32,000 nucleotides of DNA from Candidatus Woesearchaeota archaeon (GTDB lineage: Archaea; Nanobdellota; Nanobdellia; Pacearchaeales; GW2011-AR1). The notes under the pieces are model-generated. The model was not told the origin of the DNA. It searched no databases and was given only the letters and a program-made list of their open reading frames with translations. The position numbers were made by a program, and so were the translations under genes. Positions 14,903 to 22,777 of the stretch are shown piece after piece (position 1 is the first letter of the stretch; each line of letters opens with the position of its first letter). Where the stretch lies: contig CAZOEF010000002.1 of assembly GCA_964578845.1 (NCBI GenBank), forward strand, positions 220,696-252,695. The letters run 5' to 3'.

Positions 14903-14956
14903 TATACACCTCCTTTTATATAGCAGAAAATAATTAACACTTAATAAATCTAACCC

Positions 14957-15208
14957 TTACTTTAGGGCCTTAAGAATATCATTTGAATCTTTCTCTATTG
15001 TAGCTACAGCCTCGTTAATAGCTTTCTTGACAGTCTTTCCAGAGCTCTCAATCCTAAAGATTATAGGTTTAGAAGGGTGTTCCTTCCTCCAGGCAGCAAA
15101 CTTTATCCCCTGTTCATTGAGATATACTCTGACTATCTCAGCCACAGTTAGATTATCTATTCTCAATTCAACAAATTCTTTTTCCTGCGAAATAAACTCT
15201 ACATTCAT
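14957..15208 (-). CDS. rpoL: DNA-directed RNA polymerase subunit L (Rpo11)
   Basis: It reads MNVEFISQEKEFVELRIDNLTVAEIVRVYL...AAWRKEHP...PIIFRIES, the typical Rpo11/L fold sequence. The ORF-track start at 15220 is TTG, so I trimmed to the ATG at 15208. Confidence 0.8.
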   Translation of the reverse strand: MNVEFISQEKEFVELRIDNLTVAEIVRVYLNEQGIKFAAWRKEHPSKPIIFRIESSGKTVKKAINEAVATIEKDSNDILKALK

Positions 15209-15251
15209 AATATCAACCAAGAAAAGGTATTTTTAAAGCCTTCGGTCATGT

Positions 15252-15965
15252 TTATGGATGCCTATTTACGATAAATATATCTTGATCTGAATGATAATAT
15301 TCATCAGCTAAGCAGGCTACTGCAACTGACACCCTTAAATCAGGATTCAAAACATTATAAACATCTTGGGCAATTTCTTTTGCAGTCAATCCTCTAATCC
15401 TTACATCGAGAGGCTCACCTTTGAACAAAGGCAAGGGGTCGTTTCTCTCTCCCTGATAAGTCGTGATTAATTTACCTTTTCCTGGAATAAAAGGAAACTC
15501 AAAATAACTCCTGGCACTTTTTCCTGCTTCTCCCTCTTGCCTTATGATTGAAAGTCCAAAATTTTTAGGCCACGTTACCCCTGTGATCCTTGGAGTAGAA
15601 CTGGAGTCAGGCTCATAATCCCAATGCCTTAATTGACTATCTAATAATTCAACAGCAGTCAGTTTATCTTTTGACGTTGCTTCTAAAACTCCATCCGTTT
15701 GTTTTCCGTTGCTGACTGCCATTAAAGGATTAAGGCTGGAAATTTGGAGTGCGTTATAAACCAGCAAATCAGGGTTCCCCTTTTCTAACTGCTCTTTATC
15801 AGTAACTTCAACAGAGATATTTGCACTTAAATCTCCTCTATAATTTGTTTGATTAATTAATCTCCTTGCCTGGCTGCTTGCACTCCTGCCAGTTATGCCA
15901 TAAATTGCAACATTCGTTTCATCCATGGTTTCTCCAATAATGATGAATCTTCCAGGATATTCCAT
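15252..15965 (-). CDS. purO: archaeal-type IMP cyclohydrolase-like protein (PurO family)
   Basis: The N-terminus YPGRFIIIGE...VAIYGITGRSASSQAR resembles the PurO pattern MYxGRxxxVG...Y.V.SRS. The assignment comes from memory of the family, not from a search. Confidence 0.55.
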   Translation of the reverse strand: MEYPGRFIIIGETMDETNVAIYGITGRSASSQARRLINQTNYRGDLSANISVEVTDKEQLEKGNPDLLVYNALQISSLNPLMAVSNGKQTDGVLEATSKDKLTAVELLDSQLRHWDYEPDSSSTPRITGVTWPKNFGLSIIRQEGEAGKSARSYFEFPFIPGKGKLITTYQGERNDPLPLFKGEPLDVRIRGLTAKEIAQDVYNVLNPDLRVSVAVACLADEYYHSDQDIFIVNRHP

Positions 15966-16062
15966 TCGTGCGAGTGCTTCGAGTCCTTATGCCATCTGTA
16001 TTATTAATTATCCTTCTTTAAAAACATCTATCAACTAAGAAATATACTTCCGAAAATATACT

Positions 16063-16629
16063 TCACTCGATTATCTCAATATCATCGCCAAATAGGCCGC
16101 TCTCTTTCCCAGAAGAAGAATTAACTTCAGGTTCTTTTTTGAATTTTTCCTCATTTGCTTTCTGCAACTCTGCAAGATTTACTTTTTCCTGTGTGTTCTT
16201 CCTTAATACAATGCCAAGTTTCTCTTCAATCCTGTTTATTAAAACAAAGTCATCTTTTGGCAGGTTTCCCATTTCTATCATCTTCATGTCTTCCTCTGTT
16301 GCATCAATCATTGAAGCTAACTTCGGCCTGCTGAATCCTTTTGACCTTCTGGCCTTAGAAATATGCCAGTTAAAATTAGGGATCAAATCCTTGACAACAT
16401 CATTTTTCTTGTAATCACTGGATCCACTTCTCCATCTTTCAAGGTGTGAGACAGGCCTTACTGCCGGAGCCTTTCTCTCAATTTTCTGCACTTCACTATA
16501 ATCGATAAATTCCCCTGATTCAATGACATTCCTTAAGACAAAAAGGTCTTCTTCTCTTGCCTGCTCTAATGGCATCCTGACGATCTCCCCTTCTTTAATG
16601 ACCTCGACAATCTTATTCATTGAAATCAT
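16063..16629 (-). CDS. XRE-type HTH protein with an acidic C-terminal tail
   Basis: The HTH_3-like segment is ISKARRSKGFSRPKLASMIDATEEDMKMIEMGNLP. The ORF-track start at 16665 is TTG, so I trimmed to the ATG at 16629 (MISMNKIV...). Confidence 0.55.
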   Translation of the reverse strand: MISMNKIVEVIKEGEIVRMPLEQAREEDLFVLRNVIESGEFIDYSEVQKIERKAPAVRPVSHLERWRSGSSDYKKNDVVKDLIPNFNWHISKARRSKGFSRPKLASMIDATEEDMKMIEMGNLPKDDFVLINRIEEKLGIVLRKNTQEKVNLAELQKANEEKFKKEPEVNSSSGKESGLFGDDIEIIE

Positions 16630-16651
16630 AAAGCCTGCTGCTTTAAATTCT

Positions 16652-17314
16652 TTACTGCTGTTCAAAGATTATGTTCTCAATATCATTCAATGATATGATT
16701 CCATTGACAACTTCAGATTCATCAACGATTATTGCAGGAAATTCATCGATCTGATAATCTTTTAATATTAATTCAATCGAGTCAAGATCATTATCTGTGG
16801 CTATTGGTATTAAGATCACTTCATCAGGGTATTTGTCTTTCAGGTCCAATAAAAGCCTTGAATAGAATAACTGCTGTGAATTGATATCTATATCGTCATT
16901 ATTATATTCATAAAGATAAACCAGTGTATGGAAGTTTTCTCCACATCTTTCTTTCAGGTTTATTGTTTCTGTCCAAAGTAATGCCCTGAGCAAGTCATAC
17001 CTCCTATGGAGTGCCAGGAATGAATCACTTAGTTTGCTAGCCTGATCTAATTGCTCGAGTTTCGTCGCCTCTGAATAGATCTTATCTGCGAAATTGAATG
17101 TGCTCTCCTTGGCTATATCACAATCCAGGTTAAAGTCTTCTACTAGTCTATTTCTCAGCTGGTCATCCAGTATATTAGTCTCAGCATTGAAAAGATTATA
17201 CTGTACGTTGTCAGCCCTATAACTCTCAAGAAAAAATCCTAATATCAATCCTATTCCAAATATTAATATTGTTGCAATTAATGCCTGCCAGAATGCGTGC
17301 TTGCTGTTTACCAT
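16652..17314 (-). CDS. N-terminally membrane-anchored protein, unknown function
   Basis: 220 aa with an ATG start and one TM segment (ALIATILIFGIGLILGFFL). It overlaps the GT2 gene by 7 nt, which suggests an operon. Confidence 0.45.
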   Translation of the reverse strand: MVNSKHAFWQALIATILIFGIGLILGFFLESYRADNVQYNLFNAETNILDDQLRNRLVEDFNLDCDIAKESTFNFADKIYSEATKLEQLDQASKLSDSFLALHRRYDLLRALLWTETINLKERCGENFHTLVYLYEYNNDDIDINSQQLFYSRLLLDLKDKYPDEVILIPIATDNDLDSIELILKDYQIDEFPAIIVDESEVVNGIISLNDIENIIFEQQ

Positions 17315-18543
17315 GAATATTTTCCTCTTGCCAATTTATATAATGATGTGACCATTATCAGCGGGTATATTGACAGATATATCAACATATAGAAAGAGAT
17401 ATTAAAAACATTCGTATGTCTTTGCCTTAGCTCTCTCATCACGCCTAAAGCGAATAATGTGAATAATCCTCCTAAGATAAACAAGGTCACTCCAAAGAAA
17501 TTTAGGATTGATGGGCTGAATGTCAGCTCTTGCAGCCTAAGTATGCTAGCGCTCGCATACACTGAATACTTTGTAGACAGATAAGAGATTATTATTCTCC
17601 TGCTTAATAAGTAAACAAATAGCCCTAACCCTACAATGCCTATGAAGAGTGAAGCGCTAAAAAACGGTATAATGAAAGCTCCTAGCATCCCTTTCCTGAA
17701 TATCATTCTTTTATATTTCAGTAAGGTTTGTGTTCCTCCTATATTCCACCTTATTCTTTGCTTCATCCATGCTTTTAATGACGAAGGTGAATATGTATAG
17801 ACTCTGGCGGATAAGCTCATTCTTGCTTTATATCCATAAGAAAGCATTCTCCAGACAATCTCTATATCTTGCGTTAAATTCTTTTTATCGAATAATCCTA
17901 TCTCTAGCAATATTTTCTTTCTATAAAGAGCAAATGGTCCAGGGGTTACATACACCGCATCGACTAAATCAAGAAGTTTCCTGCTCCAGGCGATTACTGC
18001 ATATTCTATTGCCTGTAACTTCTGTAAAAAAGTCTGAGGATCCTTGACCATTACTGCGCAGGTTACTCCGCCAACTTTCTTGTCTTTCTGAAGAAAGCCT
18101 ATCATCCTCATCAATGCGTCTTTGTTCGGGATGGAATCAGCATCTGCCACAGCAATATAGTCATATTTCGCAGCTTTCACACCTATATTTGTCGGTTCTG
18201 CAGCACCCCCTGAGTTCTTTTTATTGACTATGAGCCTTACATTCTTATATTTTTTAACATATTTTTTTATGACATCTACAGAATTATCCTTTGACTTATC
18301 ATCGACAACTATTATCTCAAGCATATTTTTAGGATAATGCATATCAAGTAATGATTCTATGGCATGCCCGATTGTCTTGCTTTCATTATAACAGGGCATC
18401 ACTATGCTGATTTTTTCAGGCTTGCCTTTAGGATAGTCAAACACTTTCATCCTATTTGGCAAATATATTATTATCATTAAGCTAAGCATGTAAAGGCCGA
18501 TGAATGTATAGAAGAAGAAAATAAACTCGATCAGGTTGATCAT
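17308..18543 (-). CDS. processive family-2 glycosyltransferase (NodC/IcaA/chitin-synthase-like)
   Basis: It has VMPCYNE, VVDDKSKD, VADADS and QRIRW (the QxxRW motif), with TM helices at both ends. Confidence 0.8.
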   Translation of the reverse strand: MINLIEFIFFFYTFIGLYMLSLMIIIYLPNRMKVFDYPKGKPEKISIVMPCYNESKTIGHAIESLLDMHYPKNMLEIIVVDDKSKDNSVDVIKKYVKKYKNVRLIVNKKNSGGAAEPTNIGVKAAKYDYIAVADADSIPNKDALMRMIGFLQKDKKVGGVTCAVMVKDPQTFLQKLQAIEYAVIAWSRKLLDLVDAVYVTPGPFALYRKKILLEIGLFDKKNLTQDIEIVWRMLSYGYKARMSLSARVYTYSPSSLKAWMKQRIRWNIGGTQTLLKYKRMIFRKGMLGAFIIPFFSASLFIGIVGLGLFVYLLSRRIIISYLSTKYSVYASASILRLQELTFSPSILNFFGVTLFILGGLFTLFALGVMRELRQRHTNVFNISFYMLIYLSIYPLIMVTSLYKLARGKYSW

Positions 18544-19064
18544 TCTAGATCTCCCTTATTGACATTGAAATAATCATGGAACTCATCAGTCAGGAAAAGT
18601 TCTGCTGTATGGCCCATTTTTTTCTTTCTGACTAGGCCCATTGATACAAAATTCTTAATATGGTCATAAGCCTTGTTCCCCCTGATCTTTATTAGCACAC
18701 TTTGTTTTATTGGCTGCTTATAGGCGATGATAGCTAAAGTCTCCTGTTCAGCCTTAGTGAACTCAGAATTCCCTGTAGCTAACTTATTTACTAAATTCGC
18801 ATATTCACTAACTACATCCATCTTGAACATGTCATCCTTCTTTACTATCTCTATGCCTGAATCCTTATATTTGTCTATAAGGTCATCAAGTATTTTTCTT
18901 AATAATATTGGATTGACATCTGTAAGGGAAACAAGTTCTTTCAATTTCAAGAACCTGCCTGAGATAAAGAGCGTAGCCTCTACTTTTCTAGACAGGTCTT
19001 TTTCTTTTTCACTGTCTAGATCATCTATGCTTTCACTGCTAAAATGAGTATCTTCAGGTTCCAT
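18540..19064 (-). CDS. scpB: segregation and condensation protein B
   Basis: VEATLFISGRFLKLKELV... and TKAEQETLAIIAYKQPI...IRG fit the tandem wHTH pattern of ScpB. Confidence 0.7.
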   Translation of the reverse strand: MEPEDTHFSSESIDDLDSEKEKDLSRKVEATLFISGRFLKLKELVSLTDVNPILLRKILDDLIDKYKDSGIEIVKKDDMFKMDVVSEYANLVNKLATGNSEFTKAEQETLAIIAYKQPIKQSVLIKIRGNKAYDHIKNFVSMGLVRKKKMGHTAELFLTDEFHDYFNVNKGDLE

Positions 19065-19101
19065 TCAGAATAGTATTCAGGCGGATTTAAAAAATCTATC
19101 T

Positions 19102-19620
19102 TTAATCTTCACCAATATACATTTCATAAAGGCCTGATTGCTTAGCTTCTTCATATAGCCTGCGTAAGGCTATCTTCTCTATCCTGTATATATTTTGATG
19201 TGTAAAGCCTAGCTCTAGCCCTATTTGCCTGCTGGTCTTTCCTTCATAAAATCTGGCGATTATGACTGCTGCATATTTTTCAGGCAGGATTTGGATAATT
19301 TCCTTTAATTTAATGATCAAATCTTGAGTATAAGTCCTCTTAGTTTCTAAATACATTTGGTCTATCACATCATCATCTGTACATTCAATAGTTTGTTCAG
19401 GCGGATGGAATCTCCGATTATTCAGCCATGCGTTATATTCTGGGTAAGAATCAAATCCCTTTCTCATTGCTAAGAATGTTAGAAGATCGGCGTGATCATT
19501 AAATCCTCGAAGGGTCGCTAAAAACTCGCGATAATCTCCTGAAGCCATGTTGGATTCAAACCAATTCCTGATGCCCTGGCCATATAATTTCCAGTCCCCT
19601 GTCCTACGTTTCAATTCCAT
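19102..19620 (-). CDS. sigma-70 region-4-like HTH protein
   Basis: The C-terminus LPEKYAAVIIARFYEGKTSRQIGLELGFTHQNIYRIEKIALRRL matches the sigma-70 region 4 / ECF-type HTH consensus. The N-terminal 100 aa are unrecognised. Confidence 0.6.
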   Translation of the reverse strand: MELKRRTGDWKLYGQGIRNWFESNMASGDYREFLATLRGFNDHADLLTFLAMRKGFDSYPEYNAWLNNRRFHPPEQTIECTDDDVIDQMYLETKRTYTQDLIIKLKEIIQILPEKYAAVIIARFYEGKTSRQIGLELGFTHQNIYRIEKIALRRLYEEAKQSGLYEMYIGED

Positions 19621-19655
19621 AAAAAATAGTCTTTATCTGGAGTTTTTAAATCCGA

Positions 19656-20237
19656 TTATCCTATATTGATTAGGATACCTTCAATAATAGCTGCAATAAT
19701 TAACAGGGGCAATACAAAAGCAAAGAATACCTTCATTGAATTCCAGAACCTTCTCTTGAACTCCTCAGTTTTATCCCCTTTTACAAAGATAAACATCCCA
19801 AGTTTTATCCCTAATCCTATTGCAATGAATACTGCCGGAAGCTCAAATATGCCATGTGGAATGAGCAATAATATTACTTCAAACCCTGCAATCGCTGATG
19901 CCCTGGCATAAACATAGCCTAATAATAACCCATTAGTCATTGCATTCACGACAGGAAACACGCCGAGGAATACTCCTAGCACAGTAGCTAGGAAAGCGCT
20001 GGTCAGATTATTCTGGAATATGAACCATATCAATTCAATAGTCCCCTTTCCTTCTACCCTTTCTGAAATGCTTCTCAGGAGTTCATTTAGGAAGGTAAAA
20101 TCTGCATTAAAAATATATCCGAATATTGCGCTGGCAAGGAATATAGATATGGCGAAAGTGATATAATTAACAGATTCTTTTAGGTATTCCCATGCATCTA
20201 CAAATAATCTCTTAATAGGTTTAGATTTTCTTGCCAT
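19656..20237 (-). CDS. SpoIIM/DUF95-family membrane protein
   Basis: IFQNNLTSAF...PHGIFELPAVFIAIGLG is the signature of the stage II sporulation protein M family. Confidence 0.7.
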   Translation of the reverse strand: MARKSKPIKRLFVDAWEYLKESVNYITFAISIFLASAIFGYIFNADFTFLNELLRSISERVEGKGTIELIWFIFQNNLTSAFLATVLGVFLGVFPVVNAMTNGLLLGYVYARASAIAGFEVILLLIPHGIFELPAVFIAIGLGIKLGMFIFVKGDKTEEFKRRFWNSMKVFFAFVLPLLIIAAIIEGILINIG

Positions 20238-20927
20238 TTATCTGAACATCCTCCCCAGCATCCTGACCTTTCTGGCATATTTTTTTCTTAAATAGAACCC
20301 ATAAGCTAACCCTGCAATAAGCCCTCCTAAATGGGCAGTATTTCCTACAGGCAGGCCTGAGCTAATTGAAATGGCCCATAAGCCGAACATTAATACAGCC
20401 ATTGCTAGCCACATAGGCATAGGTATGACAAAGAAGACCAATACTTTAAGTCTGGGTATCAATACTGCTAAAAGCCCGCCAAGCCCGAATAAAGCTCCGC
20501 TTGCCCCGACAGCCCCGATATTTATTCCTCCAAAAATTGATTCTCCTCCTGGAATGAATAATCCCAGGTAAGCGAACAGCACAAATGCCAATCCTGCAGT
20601 TATTCCTGAGATCATATAGAACCAGAAAAATCTTTTTCTTCCGATCAGCCTCTCAACAAAATTGCCGATAAAGAACATTGATATCATATTCACAAACAAA
20701 TGGGTCAAGTTTGCATGCATGAACATGCTGGTTATTAATGTCCAAAAATAGCCATTGACAAAAAGATTAGGGGTTATTGCAATATATTGGCTTATCCACC
20801 CAGCATCCCTGATGAAAAAGCTGATCAAAGAGACTAAAATAAAAACTGTCACATTTATGAAGATCAGAGTTTCATTCAGTGTCAGTTTTGAGAAAAAATT
20901 TTGATTTCTCTTTTTTCTATAAGCCAT
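20238..20927 (-). CDS. rhomboid-family intramembrane serine protease
   Basis: It has HANLTHLFVNM, the catalytic GASGALFG (GxSG) and the catalytic His in AHLGGLIAG. It abuts the SpoIIM-like gene with no gap. Confidence 0.85.
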   Translation of the reverse strand: MAYRKKRNQNFFSKLTLNETLIFINVTVFILVSLISFFIRDAGWISQYIAITPNLFVNGYFWTLITSMFMHANLTHLFVNMISMFFIGNFVERLIGRKRFFWFYMISGITAGLAFVLFAYLGLFIPGGESIFGGINIGAVGASGALFGLGGLLAVLIPRLKVLVFFVIPMPMWLAMAVLMFGLWAISISSGLPVGNTAHLGGLIAGLAYGFYLRKKYARKVRMLGRMFR

Positions 20928-20932
20928 TTTGT

Positions 20933-21748
20933 TTATCTACGCTTCAAAGAAGTCTTCTTTTTTATAGCCTTGGTAGTTGATTTCTTGATCTTCTTTGTGT
21001 TTTTAGGAGAGACTTTTTCCTTTTTCTTCTTTGTAGTCGATTTTTTACTTCTTTTGATTGTTGATTTTTTAGGCTTGCTTGTTTTTTTGGGTTTTGTTTT
21101 TCCTGTCTTTTTCGCCTCTTTAGCCTTGAGTTTCTGCCTTTCTAATCTGCGGGCATCTCTCTCAGCTTTTTTCTTTCTTTCTTCAGCTTTATCTCTACGT
21201 TTTCTGCTCGCTTCCTCTTTTACCCTTATTCCACCTAGCTCCTTATCAATAAGTTCTAGCTTTGCATATAATGAGGTAACTTTGTCTTCTATCTCTTTTA
21301 TCTGATTAGAATTGTCTTTTGCCAAAAAAACCTCGCCGCATTCAGGGCATGTAAAATCATGGAGCAATGCGTTCTCCTCGCTCATTTCAGTATCATCGTT
21401 CGGGCAGTAATAAAATTGTTTTGTCTGCTTGCTTGCGAGCTGCGAATTTAGCCCATTAAGTTCAGAAGTTATCTTTTCCCTCAATACTTGCAGAGATTTT
21501 GCTGTATCAAGAGTCCAAAAATAAGTATACCATCCGCCGTTCTTCTTATCTTTTTTCCTGTTGAAGCTTACCATTCCCTCGTCGGCCATTTTGTAGAGTA
21601 TATTTCTAGCCTGGTTGATTGTTATTTTAAGTTTCTTTGCTATAATGAATTCATTCACATTCTCCTTTCCATACAGAAGGTCGATAATTCCTACCGAACC
21701 GGGATTTACCACAGAACTCACTACATCCTTTAGAAGTTGAACTTGCAT
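20933..21748 (-). CDS. tfe: transcription factor E alpha (TFE) with a long Lys-rich C-terminal extension
   Basis: It has an N-terminal wHTH (EFIIAKKLKITINQARNILYKMADEGMVSF) and a Zn ribbon (YYCP...CPECG). These are followed by ~90 aa of K/R/S/T-rich tail. The ORF-track start at 21754 is GTG, so I trimmed to the ATG at 21748. Confidence 0.75.
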   Translation of the reverse strand: MQVQLLKDVVSSVVNPGSVGIIDLLYGKENVNEFIIAKKLKITINQARNILYKMADEGMVSFNRKKDKKNGGWYTYFWTLDTAKSLQVLREKITSELNGLNSQLASKQTKQFYYCPNDDTEMSEENALLHDFTCPECGEVFLAKDNSNQIKEIEDKVTSLYAKLELIDKELGGIRVKEEASRKRRDKAEERKKKAERDARRLERQKLKAKEAKKTGKTKPKKTSKPKKSTIKRSKKSTTKKKKEKVSPKNTKKIKKSTTKAIKKKTSLKRR

Positions 21749-21855
21749 AGTCACTTGAAAAAAACATCAATTAAAAATCTTTCTAATATTTATGTTACTC
21801 TTCTATAATTAAGATAAACCTATTTATAGTGAAATTTTATATTTTATAAATTAAG

Positions 21856-22410
21856 ATGTGGGGAAAAAAAGAGGATAAAATGAATAAAGGATTGCCTGAT
21901 CTTCCTTCTTCATCAGCTCCGTCTATGAGAAGTTACGGAAAGCTGAACGAAGCCGGGGACGATTTTGCCGAGGATGAAATACATGGCTTGCCATCATTCC
22001 CTGACTCTCCTATGAGCAGAGGCTTTAGCCAGAGTGCAATAAAGGATGCTGTTGAGACTGAGGATGTGAAAGGCATTCCTAGTTTTGATTCTGATAACAG
22101 GTTCATTCCGCCTCCATCCAGGAAGACAATAGAGATTGATGATTGGATGCCTGCTCCCCCTGTTTCTTCAGGAGCTCCTATGCTAAATAAGCCGATCTTT
22201 GTGCGCCTCGATAAATTCACTGAAGCGAGACAATCTTTAGAAAAAGTAAGGGAAAAGCTTGGGGAAATAGATGACCTGTTAAAAACAATCAGGGAAGTAA
22301 AATTAAAGGAAGAGCGTGAGATAACTCAGTGGGAAAAAGAGATAGAATCTGTCAAGGCAAGGATCAGCACTGTTAACTCCGAGGTCTTTGACAAGTCTTT
22401 CCATTACTAA
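21856..22410 (+). CDS. hypothetical protein: disordered N-half with three G(L/I)P(S/D)(F/L)(P/D) motifs, coiled-coil C-half
   Basis: The motifs are GLPDLPS, GLPSFPD and GIPSFDS, followed by KPIFVRLDKF and a heptad-like region. An alternative start at 21880 has GAGG 6 nt upstream. Confidence 0.45.
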   Translation: MWGKKEDKMNKGLPDLPSSSAPSMRSYGKLNEAGDDFAEDEIHGLPSFPDSPMSRGFSQSAIKDAVETEDVKGIPSFDSDNRFIPPPSRKTIEIDDWMPAPPVSSGAPMLNKPIFVRLDKFTEARQSLEKVREKLGEIDDLLKTIREVKLKEEREITQWEKEIESVKARISTVNSEVFDKSFHY

Positions 22411-22411
22411 A

Positions 22412-22744
22412 ATGTCAGGAGAAGAATATGTGTCAATAAATCCTGCACAGCAGGTCTATGGAAAAAAGAATCTTCTTTATTGCGAGATGGAACTTCTTAA
22501 TTCAATAAAGCGATATGAAAGTTATCAAAAATTAAAGAAGGATGAGCATACTCTGAAAAAAGCATTGAAGAAAAAAATAGCAGAGCTTCACGAGGACGTC
22601 AGGAAGATGCTTGAATTAATACCTAAAGTAAAGCAGCCAGAATATCCATCTGAGAAAAAGTCAAATACCTCTAATAAGAGAAAGCTGGATTTAGAGGAAA
22701 AGATCCAGGAAATAAAGAGAAGGATAGCTGAGCTTGAATACTAA
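22412..22744 (+). CDS. small coiled-coil protein
   Basis: The ORF-track start at 22388 is TTG. The first ATG, at 22412, lies 1 nt after the upstream stop codon. The sequence is rich in K/E heptads. Confidence 0.4.
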   Translation: MSGEEYVSINPAQQVYGKKNLLYCEMELLNSIKRYESYQKLKKDEHTLKKALKKKIAELHEDVRKMLELIPKVKQPEYPSEKKSNTSNKRKLDLEEKIQEIKRRIAELEY

Positions 22745-22777
22745 AATCTTTAAAAATGAGCAGTTCTAAGCTTCATT

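Noticed and set aside
15966-16062. Slightly GC-richer intergenic stretch, checked as a possible tRNA or small RNA
   Set aside because: I could not build a cloverleaf, a T-loop consensus or stable stems. It is most likely just the purO promoter / HTH-gene terminator region.
20901-21305. 134-aa plus-strand ORF
   Set aside because: It is antisense to the Lys-rich tail of TFE-alpha. AAG/AAA codons read in reverse give a Phe/Leu-rich artefact.
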